From Enoplolaimus lenunculus (taxonomy: Eukaryota), in assembly GCA_030248215.1 (NCBI GenBank), contig JASANG010003005.1:186001-250000 (forward strand): 64,000 bases of DNA, written 5' to 3'. Under the pieces are notes generated by a model. It was given only the letters and a program-made list of their open reading frames with translations. It was not told the DNA's origin and searched no databases. Positions 1 through 14,541 of the stretch are shown piece after piece; within the stretch, counting starts at the first letter, position 1; each line of letters starts with the position of its first letter. Position numbers and translations under genes: made by a program.

Positions 1-271
1 TATTTGCGGAAACTGTAAATAGCATCGGCATCGGCATAATGGCGACGTGACTTCCGTTTGGAATCTACCCGCGCCAGTTTAGCCTACGCCTCACAGAGTG
101 TCTCCGGATACAATGCCTTCGGTGATCAAAATCTGACCGAATCGCGATTCTTTTGAAACGCCAAGTGATATGTACAGGACAGACATAACAACGACTACTG
201 GGAGAACTTCAAGCCTAAACCACGCCTGATACCCGTATTTTCCTCGGTATTCCAGACTCCTGAGTTAATAC

Positions 272-1118
272 CAGGGATGTGCCGATTAATCGGCATCGGT
301 TAATAATCGGCACTTTTCGTGAGTATTGGCATCGGCACTGCAAAAAAAATTACCGATTCTTTGTCGATACTTTTTGCGCATAACATTTAGTTGGAAAGCT
401 ACCAATTTCACTTCTTGGCACATATCAGTGTGTCATCTCTCTTGTGTTTGTGTCGGGGATCGACTGGATATCCGGTTCCGGTCTAATATCCGGCAAAAAG
501 CGACATCCGTATCCGGTTCCGGCATCCGGTATAAACCTACCGGATATTTGCGGTTGTGATTCCAAATATCGTAAAACTGCTTTTTACATGTCGAAATACT
601 AGATATTTTGCAGCGACTGCAATTCCGCGTAAGTCAAGGGTGGACACTGACATGGAATGAATAATCCGAGCCAAAAATTAATCTTAAATACACAAACACA
701 TATTTTTGCACGACTTAAATACTTTCAACAGTGTATAAATTTATACCCTATATCCGGTTAACATCCGGCTCCGGTACTAAAATTACCATCCGGTTCCGGT
801 ACTAAAATTACCATCCGGTTCCGGTACTAAAATTACCATCCGGTTCCGGTATCCGGTAAAATTAATATCCGTTCGATGCCCGGTTTGTGTTTGAAAAAAT
901 TCACTGAAATCAACCGTTCTTATAAAATTATAATCGTTTACGATGATTAGGGTTTAAGTCTTCATGTACTGACGTAATGTAGCATCCTATCTACTTATTA
1001 AGCATGATATACTAAAGTTGGAATCGGCATAGGCAAAAGTTGGAATCGGCATCGGTAAAACTTCAAAAAACGAATCGGCGCCGGCATCAGCAAAAATTTT
1101 GGTATGGACACATCCCTA
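272..1118. mobile_element. hAT MITE family A, with a nested family B copy
   Basis: TIRs cagggatgtgccgat / acacatcccta; degenerate 8-bp TSD gttaatac/attaatgc. Confidence 0.85.
454..882. mobile_element. hAT MITE family B, nested in family A
   Basis: Perfect 8-bp TSD gtttgtgt (446-453, 883-890); atccgg subterminal repeats. Confidence 0.88.
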
Positions 1119-3170
1119 ATTAATGCAAAAACGATTTATGTTCAATTTTTGCTCAATGACTTTGGTTGCCGAAAGCACCTCACGACCGATCGAAATTTTC
1201 GTCCCAAAAATATTATAAAACAGTACGTATTTACTTAGAAAACATACCCATCGGTACTATATATATACATATATATAATATATATAATATATATTCACAA
1301 AAAGGCCAGTAAAAATACTTGAAATCAATCAAAAATAGATGCCATACACATGGATTATTGATTCATTACACACTTCGTACACAGAATCAACGCACGAACG
1401 CCATTCCGAGACAGAATTGAATTATGCACAGTCACATGGCACAGAAAAATGTTCATCCAGTTGGATAAACAACACAAAATACGAAAAGCTAAACAAACAC
1501 ACAACAAACCATGAAAACAACTTATATATAGAAGTAAGTTCCAAATTTAGCCAACGAAATTAATATATGTATGTGTCAGGGCAATGGTGCAAAGCGGAAC
1601 CACATTATACCGGAATCAGAGTCGTAACAGCAAATTTATACCGGAATCAGAATCGGAACTACATTGTGACCATACGGATAATTTGTATCAACAAGTATAA
1701 TATTGAATTAGGGCGTCTGTTGGCCGGCAACAATTTTCAAAATCGTCGCATGAACAAATTGGCAATCATTTTTAGCTCTCTAAAACCAAACTACAATCAA
1801 TTATTGACACGTTAACTTATCGAAAACAATTTAATAGATAAATGATGCAGAATTTTTATGCAACATATCGCAGCAAGCAGGCCTAAAATTAAAATGTGGA
1901 AATTCCGATTCCGATTGATTGTGCGATCTGAATCGGAATTCTAATCGGAATCGAAATTCCGATTGCACCCCGCCGTCAATCAATCAGGACTCAAACGTTT
2001 TGAATCGTAATTCTAACCCGGAATTACAATTTACCGGAACCGGAATTTGAAAAAATTACCGGAAACGGAACCGAAAAATGAAAAATACGTGCAACCGAAA
2101 ACTTCATTTTCATTTTTTCCAATATTATTTGCGAAATACCTGTATGCAGATAGGTACATAATCACTTTATCTGGTGTATTTTACACTTTCATAATCCACA
2201 GAAGTGAAATCTACCTTCGATGGTTTATTTGCGGCGACTGATTACGTTTGCATACTATACTAATGAAATCTGTTGCCGTTACAGTAGCATCATTCAAACA
2301 CTATCTGATTTGAAATCGGCTCCTGCGTCTTTGAATGCCGGAACAAGAATTCCGGTTGAACACTGGTATACAGATCGTTTGACCGGAACCGAACCACTAC
2401 ATGAATATATACCCGAATCATTGTGACGATTTAAACATTTTTTCAACATATATCACAGTCAACATTCCGACAAAAACTTGAACCGGAATTTGAAATAATT
2501 TTCATCATCAAAGTGCTGTTATACTTCATACAACATTAGTCAAAAGGTGCCATGGTCTTTGTTACCGTGTTATCATCAAATATTTTGGCGGCTCTTACAA
2601 CATCACACGCGTTAGATATTTTTACTTAACGACTCATTTGCCAAATTGACCAAGTTTCTTCAGACATTCGTTTCAAAATAGCAGAAATATAAAATTTAGC
2701 CTAATTTTAACTTTTTAGCTTCATTTCGCATGGGTATAATAAGCTTACTATATCTTTATGCACAAATTAAATTCAACTCATATTGAAACCAAAGATAGCA
2801 GAAATTATTGCATTTCCAAATAGCAATAAACAAGAATGGTGTTTTTAGTCAAACGAATAAATTCTGTTAGACGTTTTAAACGCGAATGCGAAAACTTCTG
2901 CAACTGCAATTTCGGCTTTAAACGCGAATGCAAAAACTTTTGCAATTGCAATTTCGGCTTCGGTTCTCACAAGCCTGTCAGTTTAACGAATAGTGTTCGG
3001 TCGCAATGGGCCCGTAGTCAGAGCGGAACCTCAGCGCGATCAGTCTCATCCTCTAAAAAATTACCGTCTTCCCAGAGAAATTTCAACCGCAATTGTAAGC
3101 TGTGCTAAATCCGGGAATGCCACTGCTACAATTTTCTAGCTTCTTTATAACTGTGAACAGGGTACTCAAC

Positions 3171-3370
3171 CTGTGCCCAAAACGAACTGTGAACACGATA
3201 CCAATCTGCACCAAAAACCGGCGGTATGTTACCATACCATAGACAACTTGACCAAACAAGACCAACGCTACTCGATTTTTGGATTTGTCCGCGGCTTCAT
3301 TCAAAACCCAAGCGAACTCAACCAAAACCTGTACAGCATATTGCGATGCGCGCCGCAGCCAGCACACCAT
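3171..3370 (-). CDS. Putative coding exon of a minus-strand gene (MVCWLRRASQYAVQVLVEFAW...RFGHR|, phase 2), product unknown
   Basis: GC-richer TE-free ORF; AG|GTTGAG donor at 3170; upstream TTTCAG acceptor at 3535-3540. Confidence 0.45.
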
Positions 3371-4529
3371 GCGATGTCGGTTTCACTTGACCCTTAATCT
3401 CACTAGCGTCCTATTGCACGCAAGCACAGCGACCGACAGAAAACAACCCGAAAAAAAAGAAAGAAAAAACCAACAGCACAAAACACACCGCGACTTGGAA
3501 ATTAATTTAAAATCCATTATCAGGAACACATTTCCTGAAATCGACAGATAAATAACGGCAGCACATGAGATCGTCATTCATTCGTATTTTCTTGATGTCA
3601 CGCGAAACGCTGTAAACCAAGGGTGTGCGTGTCTAACCGGAAGAGGGAGACACGGATATATCGTTGCCCAAAAATTTCCGGAAACAATAAAAAGTAGTTT
3701 TATGTGAGTTTCGAGTAGCTTTCTAGTTTCTAAAGATACAAAACAATCATTACATATGAAGTTATATGCATTCAAACTGAAATACTAACTATGCTCCACC
3801 GGGCAAGTAGTCAATGGGGGGCTCATTCCCCCCTGGAACATTTTGAGCCCCCTAGAAAGTTTTCAACCGTGCTTGTAACTCATTGAAAACCCTTGAATGC
3901 CCCTCCTGAATAATTTTTAGCCCCCCCTAGCATGGCGAGCTGGCTACGGGCCTGTACTCCAACCATTGCCACAACTCTATAGATTAAATAGTACTTCCGC
4001 AGCGGACGTTCCAAGTAACAACACATTATCAACGTCTTAAGTTAATACGGATGAATGAGAAACAAATCAATCCGTCATGACATACGATCCAGTCACACCA
4101 GCTGCTCCCTGTATTCTATCTGATATGTCGTTTCCGTAAATTACACCAAATCCAGCCCGTGATTGAAAAAAGGGGACCCCCAAGCCATCCAAGTTCTGTT
4201 CTACTACCAGAACTCTTTAGGCACACACACAGAGAGAGAACATATGTGGGGTCGTTTGTAAGTACTTCGAGATTCCGGTATGTACCGTCTAAAATTTGTC
4301 ACCCCTACATAACGTTTGACTGGCTACGAGCATGAACCGAGACGATTTTAGTAGCTGAGCATGTGCTACTAGGCAATTTACCACGCTGTCAAAGATAATA
4401 CGACGTGTTCAAACCGCAATGAGAGCTCGATAAAGACATTAAGCTATCGAGAGAGAATATAAATTAAGTTTAAAACGGAAACCAGCGTCAGCATGATAGG
4501 CATCATTTTAAATTTCAATTATTATCTAT

Positions 4530-4796
4530 AGCTGCAAAAAACAGTGAGTAAAATTGACTCTATCGGAAATAGGCTTTTCGTGACTACTCAAACTGAGTCA
4601 AATTCGACTCGCTGAGACGCACTCGATTTCGACTCTCTCCGAAATAGGCTTTTTCTGACTACTCAAACTGAGTCAAATTCGACTCCGCCAGAGTCATATT
4701 CGACTCGCTGAGACGCACTCGAATTTGACTCAGTTTGTGTAGTCCCGTAAAGCCTATTTCCGAGAGAGTCAATTTGACTCACCATTTTTTGCAGAG
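4530..4796. mobile_element. Foldback MITE with palindromic gagtcaaattcgactc subrepeats
   Basis: ctgcaaaaaa...ttttttgcag inverted arms. Confidence 0.7.
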
Positions 4797-5079
4797 TATA
4801 GCTGCAATTTAAAACTAGATAAAATGTTGACTGAATATATATTTAGCGTCTTTTAAAAATAGAAAATTATTTAAAACCAAGTGTTTTGAACACAAATCCA
4901 AAAACTATCGAAAGATTTAAATTTAAATATTTTAAGACATTAATTTTAAAACTTAACTCGAACAACACATGATCGTCACGTTTCGAAGGCAAAATCGTAC
5001 AAAACAATTTGACTAAATATGATGACAATAGCGATTTATTGAATAGAAAAAAATTTCAAAGCTGTACGAGTCCCACAGT

Positions 5080-5476
5080 AAGGGTACCAAGCGGAACTGG
5101 ATTATACCGGAATCGGAATGGGAACAGCATATTTATACCGGAATCGGGATCGGAAGCGGAATCGGAACTACAAATTTTGCGACTATACGGATAATTAGTG
5201 CTTACCAGTATAATATTGATTTATGGCGTCTGTTGGATGGCAAAAATTTTCAAACACGTCCCATAAACAAATTGGCAATCATTTTTGGCTCTGTAAAATC
5301 AAACGACAATCAATTATTGATAAGTTAACTCATTGACAACTATTGAAGAGATATGTGATGCAGAATTTTTGTGTAACATATCACAACAAGTAGGCCTAAG
5401 ATTAAAAATCACAATTCCGATTCCGATTGTTTTGAATCAAAATTCTAATCGGAATCGGAATTCCGGTTGCACCCTG
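5080..5476. mobile_element. hAT MITE family D (other copies ~1582-1971, ~21609-21870, ~41367-41775, ~43496-44049)
   Basis: Perfect TSD cccacagt; aatcgg subterminal repeats. Confidence 0.88.
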
Positions 5477-5693
5477 CCCACAGTGCCACATCCTCACACT
5501 AGATTAAAATGCGATTTAATTTCACAGGGAAACGATACACAATGCCTAACGGATAACACAATACATTTCGATTGTTGTGGATTGCGTGGCCTAGTACATA
5601 TACTACTACTAGACTCAAAATATACCACACAGCAGTACTTGGTTATTGACGTACCATGTCCAAGGGATTACGTATAATTTCATTTTAGAAAAT

Positions 5694-6479
5694 AACCAGT
5701 CGTAGTGGGACTACATTTATTGAACGAACCTCGAACACACGTAAGCTATTAAGGTAATATGCATTTTAGTTATTAGCTAACTATTAATTTAATTTCCTCA
5801 GATTCCGCGCACCCAAAAACCCTTCAGCCACCCTAATAATTTTTGGAATAATTTCAAAAGTCCTAATTTTGTCTGGTCAATTAAGCTAATATGCAAATTA
5901 GCTATTAGCTAACTATTCAATTATCGGTTTTGAATGTCTGTAAACTATTTATTCAAATTTCTCGCACCTAAAAACCCGTTAGGGCTGAAATTATATTGCT
6001 TTTAATAGCCTTAATAATTAGTGAAATATTGCAAAAAGTCGTAATTTAGGCTTATAAACTATGCTAATATGCAAATTATCTATTAGCTAACTGCTCAATT
6101 ATCGATTTTGGAGGTTTGTAAACTGTCTACGCAGATTCCTCGCACCGAAAAACCTTTTAATGCTAAAATTACAATGCTTCTAACTGTAATAATTAGTGAA
6201 ATATTGTGGAAAGTCCTAATTTAGGCTTAATTAATTATGCAAATTAGCCTGTAGCTAATAAACAGCTTAAAATTTTAAAAGTCCCAATGTGAGGTTAACA
6301 CCCCAGGATAATTGGCTTTCAAACAAAAAATGTTTATCAAAATCGGTCCAGCCGTTCCTGAGATTCTTTTTGGACGGACAGACCGACGGACGGACACCCA
6401 CCTTTCGACTCCCAAGTACAAAACATAAAACGCTTCGCGAAACTCCGAGCTTCGCTCGAAGTTTCGCTTCGCTCAATAA
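5694..6479 (-). mobile_element. Helentron-associated non-autonomous element (HINE/DINE-1-like)
   Basis: subTIR ttattgagcgaagc at both ends; (GTCC/GTCT)n microsatellite; 3' stem-loop gtagtcccactac; internal ~120-150 bp repeats. Confidence 0.82.
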
Positions 6480-7331
6480 TCTCATGTAGTAAATGTTTTT
6501 TGCGAGCGAGCTTAGCGGGCGAAAAGACTTTAAAGCCTATACGATAATTATTCTACTTGTTTGTCCAGATATTTTAAGACGGAATAAATCCCTTCTATCC
6601 TCCCTTATATACACCGCTGAAGACTACGTGCAGCTATATAACCAATTTTTGACGAATATTTCACTTTGCGCTACCAACCACCAAAATCAACGACTAAACC
6701 ACACCATCAGGGTGGCCTGATACATCCATTGCTTAAAACCTACTAAAAACTCTTATCTTACGAGCAAATTCAAAAACAACAGTAATCTTACGAAACTAAG
6801 CTTACGTACGTAACTAACAAACAATCGCTCAAATTATGCTTAAAACAAAATAAACCCACCACAGTGAAACGTATACTACTGGCCCATGTATAGAACCCAT
6901 TCAAATTTTTTCGCACAAAAGCCCCCACGCGAGCTCCCCTCCCCCCCCCCCCCCCCCGGCCGGATCAATTGATCCAGAAAAATTTTTTTGGCTCATCCCA
7001 GTTACCGTCTGGTCCGCTTGCAAACTTGCAATGTATTGCAACACAGCATGAGACTGTAATAGAGTCAGTTTAAACTCTGGATATTATCCGGTTCCGGCAA
7101 GGAATTCATGCCCGGTCACACCTTGTCAGTTAGACTGGAGATTTTTGCTTAATATCAATTTTTAAAACATATCTATGATGTATGCTAGGTATATTTAAAA
7201 CAATAAAATCTTCACGCATGCTGCTCACACCGAACGATTCGCATGAAAAGTCTTCAACAAACCCAGCTAAACATAATCCAACAGCCAGCACGATTTCATT
7301 TAGACAAAGTATGACCGCTCATGAAAAATTT

Positions 7332-7506
7332 GGCCAATGTTAAGGGGCGTAACAGTAGATTAAGCGTATTCCTAAGCCTAAGCCTAAGCGTTGCAAAAAT
7401 GAGTTCCTAAGCCTAAGCCTAAGCGAAAAAAATGTAATCTAGAATCTAAACCTACTATTTTATAGACTCACCAGAAACCTGGACGCCCCTTAAAGTAACA
7501 TGGGCC
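7332..7506. mobile_element. Merlin-like MITE subfamily with two (GCCTAA)n tracts; relatives ~58817-58960 and ~61735-61908
   Basis: ggccaatgtta...taacatgggcc termini; TSD aaaaattt/aaaagttt. Confidence 0.75.
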
Positions 7507-8766
7507 AAAAGTTTTTCCAGCGCGCATACCAAACGGTAACAGTGTCTTGACTCTTACTCTTATGATACAAATGATTACTCCAAAGCCTGTGTTATCTACT
7601 CAAGTGCAGTTTTTTCATTTCTCCAGAACCTTCGGGAGAGTATAACCCCTATCGTATACCCCTTAACCACGCACAGTACACGATGACATTACCACCCATA
7701 AATTACCTCCGTCCAAACATTAGTTCCAACCACAGTAACTATACAGTGGCTTCGAACCACGCTAGTCCTACTAGACAATGTACTCAGCTAACAAACTGTA
7801 AGTGTTCAAAAAACAAGCATAGTGTAGTATAGCAACTAAAAACATTGCTTCTAAACTGTTAGCAACCTCTTATTTCGATAGAACAAAACAACAACTCAGT
7901 ATTTACAGAAATAATTTTAATTCGCTCTAATGTCGCCAGGCCTGATCATTTTAAGTCAATCCAATGTGGACCCATGAACAATGGCAATAGTATAATATTC
8001 TGTCACATCAGACAAAAAACAAACAACAAAACACAAAAATTAACAATGGTGTCCACATGTGAACTAATGTACGTTATTTCGCTTAGAATATCAAAAATTG
8101 AAAATTAAATTGCCTTTGGTACAAATCATTTCGTTGAGTTCAAATACGAATATAACACTACTACTAACGCTCTAATTACACGTGCAGGTTTTTGCTGCGA
8201 GAACTTGTAGCTGCAACTTGCACCTGCAAGTTGTGTCCGAAATCCCGTTCGAAAAAACTTGCAGCTGCAAATAATTCATTAAAAATCAAAGCTGGCCATT
8301 TAGTTCATATGTGTGAATAACCGTGTAAGTTCAATGAATTTATTGCACCCGCTTTCTCATTGGCTGATGAAAAAATGTAAGTTCTGCGTGCAATTCATAG
8401 CTGCAAATTCTCGCAGCAAAAACTTGCACGAAATACTTGCAGCAGAAAGTATTGTAAAGGAACATTTCGATTGACCAATCAAACTGCAGGTGAAACAAAT
8501 TCAAGCGACTTGCAACTGCGTTTACAGGTGCGAATTCAATTTAATAGCATGAATTCCAGTGAATAATTTGCAGCTGCAAGAACTTCAAAGCTGCTTTGTG
8601 ACTAAACTTGCACATGTAAGTTGCACTTTTGCTGCAAAAACTTGCAAGTGTCAATAGCGCTTAACTCAATTTAGTTTCTATAATATACACGATGAATTCA
8701 GCTGAAAATGAATGTACGAATTTAAATCGAATACGGAAGAGCATATATACGTATATACATATGTAG

Positions 8767-9157
8767 CAGGGTGCAACCGGAATTCCGGTTCCGGTTCCGG
8801 CATTTTTTCACCTTCCGGTTCCGGTTCCGGTAAATTTTTACCGGATTTAAAAATTCCGGTATTATAATTTGGCCGTTTTATTAACTTTGCTAATTTTTAA
8901 GAATCTCTTTTGAAAGCCACTTGTACTCCGAATATAAGCCATTGATGGTGGATTTCACTTCAGTCGATGATGAAAATCTAAAATACAAGAAATAAAATAA
9001 ATATCTATGTTCGACTAAGGTTATTTCACAAATAATAGAGCAAAAAATAAGATTAAAGTGAAATTTTTGGTGAAATGCATTTTTCACTTTCCGGTTCCGG
9101 TTCCGGTAAAATTTTCAAATTCCGGTTCCGGTAAATTGTAATTCCGGTTGCACCCTG
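8767..9157. mobile_element. hAT MITE family C (young)
   Basis: TIR cagggtgcaaccggaatt; perfect TSD atatgtag. Confidence 0.92.
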
Positions 9158-11278
9158 ATATGTAGTATTGAAATTCTTACCAGAAATGAATCCGAATAGC
9201 AAAATAATTGACCAGGGTTTGACCGGACGTTGCGGTTCCGGTTTGATGATTACAAACCGGAAGCGGAACTTATCGTTTTGCTTTTTGTGTAACTCCTTTT
9301 GTAATACATCTAATTTTACCTTGCACTTCTCTTATTACTAGAGTGGCGGCATGATTATACGTTTTTATTAGCTTTTTTATTTGATGTCAATAAAATTTGG
9401 TCATGAGAGAATTACATCACATATCACTCTGTTCCTGTTCCTGATCCTGCATTCAAAGATTCAGGACCCGGAATTTTTACAGTTTTGTGGTAACTACTTA
9501 GTCATAATCATATTAAAATATTGGAAACTTTTTTAAAAAGTAGTAATTTCGAAAATGAGTGTTTTTGCAATTAGTTCAATTTTGTTAATAAACTGTTACG
9601 TACATTAGAAATCTGATGTGGTTTCGCAAACCTTTCTGACGAAATAGCTCAAAATTCCCTTAAGCTATTTGTGGGCTAGTTTTCTTATTAAATCTTCAAC
9701 CGTAATTCGGTGATAAAAACTATTTTAAATTTCGGTTCCGGGTTCCTGTTCCTGCAAATAAATTCTATTCCTGTTCCGTCTGTGTTCCGGTAAAACTTAA
9801 TTCCTATTCGAACCCTGGTATACACATGTATATAAACGTTTTGTATCCACACCAAAACGTCGCCAGCATCTGCTGGCCACCCACAAAAAAGTTTCTTCCT
9901 CAAAATTGTCACAAAAGTCAGACCTTTGCATTTACGTACCGACAAATTGGTGCGTATGTAACCATAACGCATACATATCGCAAGTTATTTTTGTCCGTCT
10001 TCATTACACAAAAAAAAATAAATCACTCACAAATTGATCAACGCATATATTTAAATAAACTTACATATTGTTTTAACACATTTTTGTCAAACTCTTTTTC
10101 GACAACACCACAGCCCATTTCCAATTTCAGACAGGAATGCTGCCCATGTTTACAACAGATACCACAATGTTCGCCGTGTACGTACCATATGTCACTGCAG
10201 CATAATATTCAGTCTTTTATATCCCAGATAATGCAAACAACAATAATACAAAACTATACCACATACGTAGCGTCCTAATTCGACAAATTTTACCACTCAC
10301 ACTTCTTGTACGCCTTATGATTTAGCGAGGATTACGCTTCAACAGATTATCGCCTCAAGCCAAGCATTGCAGTACAAAGACACAGAAAAATAATAATTCA
10401 CTAAATATACGTACTGATCTAGTATATACCAAACAAAATAATTTCAACAAGATTTATAAATTAAATTTGCGGTGCCACATATATGTAGGTATAGCTAGAC
10501 TTGCAACCAAAATTTTAGCCATAATATTACAGTTTGTTTGCACGATAAACTAAGTAAATACGTAAAAATAGCAATTGCAATGCTATTAATTTCACTCTTT
10601 GGCGTATATCAGTCTGATTAGGCAAACTGTTATCTTTTCTCATAAAAATTTTAATCGTTTATGGTGGTTAGTATTTAAGTATTCGCACATAACGACGTAA
10701 TATAGTATATATCCTACGTATCTGTTCTTTAAGTAAGATGTACCAAGGTGGGAATGGGTACCGGCATAGGTTCGGCATTGGCAAACATTCCAAATAAGAA
10801 TAGGCATCGGTAGTGGTATCGGCAAAAATTTTGGTATCGGCACATCCCTATTGTTTACTGATTCAAAATTAATTCCGCTAGCTTGTGAAATTCTCATTTC
10901 ACGTCAGTGTCCATAACTTAAGTTTCTTTGTTTCTTTTTTTTCTGAAAAGCACTTGAGCGGAATTTATAAATCAGTTTTATGATTTATGCGAGGCCATAA
11001 CCGCAAACACTCGGTATCCGCCAAGTTTATACTGGATACCGCAACTAAATACGGATTCCGGTGTTTTGCCGAATATTAAACCCGTACCGAACATGCGGTG
11101 GTTCCGTAGACTTCTACTTTTAACATAAAAACCGATATACCTTTATTATTCAATCCGGTAACGCCCACCATGGGGCATCGTTGCAACATAGAATAAGTTG
11201 CTTAAGGAAAATATGTTTAAGTTACACATCAATTAAACTCGCATGTTGATGTTCCGTCAATCTACAAGTATGTACAAT

Positions 11279-11762
11279 CAGGGTGCGACCGGATCGCGAA
11301 AAACCGGATACCGGAACCGGATAGTGATTTTTTACCGGAACCGGATGTTAACCGGATAGTGTGTTTTTAAATCAATCATTTTTTGCACGTTAATGAGTTA
11401 GTAAAATGTTAATTTATCTTTAGTAAACGGAATATTGCGTTTATATAAAGAAAACTCACCGAAATATCACAGCAAAATACTGTATATCTTACAAATTCCC
11501 ACCACAATCGCCACATTACTAACCAAACCATGTTCGGACAATCAAAGTATGCTCGAACACCTTATCGGTTATGTTGGACTACTGTATACTTACATGTAAT
11601 GGGACTGAAAACATAACATCTCACAACATAATTTGCAGCAATTTGAGATTTACGAAATCATCACCGAAATCCGGTATCCGGTAAGTTTATGCCGGATACC
11701 GGAACCGGATGCGGGTTTTTTGCCGGATAGTAAACCGGAGCCGGATATCCGGTAGCACCCTT
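11279..11762. mobile_element. hAT MITE family B
   Basis: TIR cagggtgcgaccggat; TSD tgtacaat/tatacaat. Confidence 0.85.
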
Positions 11763-12505
11763 TATACAATATACTATATTTACTTCCCCAACAAAACGTC
11801 ACCACACGCAATCAATGAATTAATAAAATGGACGCTACGGCGTAAGAAAATAATAAACGGTACCTATTTTGGGGAGAAATTTTGCCCCGTATTAAACAGG
11901 AATCGACCGGATATTAGTTTAACCGGATACCGGTACCGGAACCCAATAGCATATTTGGTATCGGAACCGGAACAGGATGTTGACCGGATCTAAGATATAA
12001 ATTTGTTGCCAATGCCGATGCCAATTCTTATCCGATACCGAACTGATGGCGATACCATAGCGATACCAATTTTCTAGATGTTAAAAAAATCAGCGGTATT
12101 ATAGGACATATAAATTTGGAAAATTTTTATTTTAAAATTGTCGAGAATAACTGAAGCAAATGCAATACGTAAAAACAACAACACATAGTATACACGGCTA
12201 GAGTTAGGCTTACTTTCTTCGCGATTGGACCGCAAGTCCGCTGGACAAACGGTCTAGAAAAAACGTCCGTTTGCACCTTGTTCATAACCCTTACAAACTG
12301 GTTCGTTTATAGCAAATATTTACATACATAATAGCATTTTGTTGGTGATATCATGATACTTCAAGGTGGAGACAAGGTTTAACAAAAAGATAAAACCGTA
12401 AATTTCACCTTAAAGTAAAATTAAATTAAAACTAAGTATATATCAAGTTTTGACACTGGACTTTTTATAGTATTCAAATAAATAAGATTTAGTAGGTATA
12501 TACGG

Positions 12506-12507
<2 letters not shown>

Positions 12508-12562
<55 letters not shown>
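12508..12562. repeat. (TA)n microsatellite
   Basis: Seen directly. Confidence 0.95.
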
Positions 12563-12565
<3 letters not shown>

Positions 12566-12590
12566 ATATTATTAAAATAATTATACTTAC

Positions 12591-12748
12591 CCTATAAACC
12601 AGTCCATAGTGTCACGGAAGTATTCCGGTAACTTATCCAGCTTGAATAGATTGCTTTGATTACTATATTAAAAAGTTTATATTAAAATGCTCCAATGCGA
12701 TTACCTATGCACATAAAACTCAAATTGCCGTATTCCTGCGTTCAATAT
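12591..12748 (-). CDS. Putative 5' exon of a divergent gene (ATG at 12607: MDWFIG|, phase 2)
   Basis: Minus-strand TTTTTCAG acceptor at 12749-12756 and G|GTAAGT donor at 12590. Confidence 0.45.
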
Positions 12749-14459
12749 CTGAAAAATAAAAATATACGTATACCAAATTTATTCGAAAGGTAAGCTGATT
12801 CACAAAATTTAAACTTATATTTGTGCAATATGCATAAAAACATCTACGGAAAAGATTGATTTTTATTTTTACATTTTGTTCTGTCAGTCTAGGTGGAAAT
12901 CGGAACTTTACACGCCTTTTAACACGCAGCTGCCTGAGCAGGCAAGCAGAGATTGCTCGAACTCTTAGCCTTCGGATCTTGGAGTGAACGTTCAAGCTAT
13001 GCGTCACGTGCTAGCATACAACACGCTGGTCATTGCATATATTGCACATGTACCAGGAGAATCATGTCTCACAAAATTACATTGTTCCACCTGTGGTTAA
13101 CAGTAAGCAGCTGCTAGTTGATTTGTTGCATGTCAATCGTGTTTTAAGGGATGCAAATTATCATATTATACCTCTTGACACTTTAATTTCGCAGCGGGAC
13201 AAAAACGTGCACCCAGTTATAATACACAGCCTTCACATTTTCAAATGAACCGCCTGTCCTTATAGCCGACAATATGTATACCCCTATTTCTCCCTAGAGA
13301 TTTTGGAAAGTGGAGTTCCGGCTCCCAATGTTATAAATCATAGCTAAATATTTACCGGTAGGTAACTTGCGACATGTTAAGTGTTGCAGTAGAAATTATT
13401 TTGCAAAATTTTTGCTAAAGTATTGCTTCTTGAATCGTCACTCTATTTTCATAAGTATAACCCTACGCTTTCTATTTTTATAAAAGTACAACACCGTTTC
13501 TTCATTAAGGCAGAACTAATAATATCGTTGTTACTTCCTTGCACAAATATAACACTTTTCCGAATGAATATTTTTAATGTCAACTGAGATCGAAGTTAGG
13601 ATTTGAAATTAATACTTTTAGATGGAAGACGTTCGCCGTCACAGCTCGACTATATCAGCTTGTCGCTGAAGTTCAAGCGTGCTCTGGCTCTTGGGTTTTC
13701 AAAAAATTTACTATTGTACATATACGTACTTAGTTAAAATTGTAACCACTGTAGATTGTGTACTTTTGCTATAGAATACTATATGCTGGAAAGGGATATT
13801 TTCCGCGTTGTCAAAAAATAAAAATATAATTAAAATTTGTTAATCACTTTAAGTGCCATTTATTGGTTCCGGCTCCGAAAACGTATCATTTAGCACCTGG
13901 TTCGAGGTTGGCTTTTTCATTTCCGTTTACGACATGGCAGGTGCAGTATAAACGGAATGTAAAGTCATGTTTGGAATCGCAATTTAATTTTCTAGCACAA
14001 AAATTTGATTGTTATTTTTGTTAATTCTTTTAGCACCATAAGATTTTGTCCGGAAGTTCGATTCATGTCCAGTGCCTTTAAGAAAACGATAACCAATTAA
14101 TACGAAGTGATGGCAAGGCAGCCAAGAATTAAACGAGAAGATGTTACACCCATGTTTCGTGTATATTCAACCAGTTCAACTCAAAATTAAAACTGATTTG
14201 CATGGCGGAAGTTCGCCTAACATTTTTCGTCAAATGCGTTAACAAAACGACAAAAATATGTGCAATCAACCTGAAGGGTTGGCATCATAATGCTGGATTC
14301 CGAAAATTAAGCCCTCATCTGGACGGTTCAAGGGGTAAATATGGGCCCTTAGGTACAATTTCGGTTGGTTCTGTTCGAAACTTTGAGACTAAAAATAATT
14401 TAGTCCTTTCATCACTGCAAAATGGTGTAGCTAGTTGATATTCAATGATGTGATTTCAT

Positions 14460-14541
14460 ATGTTAATTGGAATGACGTCCGATGTCGCTCAGTATGTGGG
14501 CCCGTACAAATTGGAAAAGACGTTGGGAAAGGGGCAAACAG
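14460..14541 (+). CDS. sad-1: sad-1 exon 1: (MLIG)MTSDVAQYVGPYKLEKTLGKGQTG
   Basis: In-frame ATGs at 14460 and 14472 follow TGA at 14451; donor g|gtgagc, phase 1. Confidence 0.93.

Noticed and set aside
6936..6957. C17 tract as a functional G-quadruplex
   Set aside because: A homopolymer inside a degraded MITE, with no further support.
12583..12600. ATACTTACC as the 5' end of a U1 snRNA
   Set aside because: No U1 stem-loops or Sm site follow; it is simply the complement of a minus-strand splice donor.
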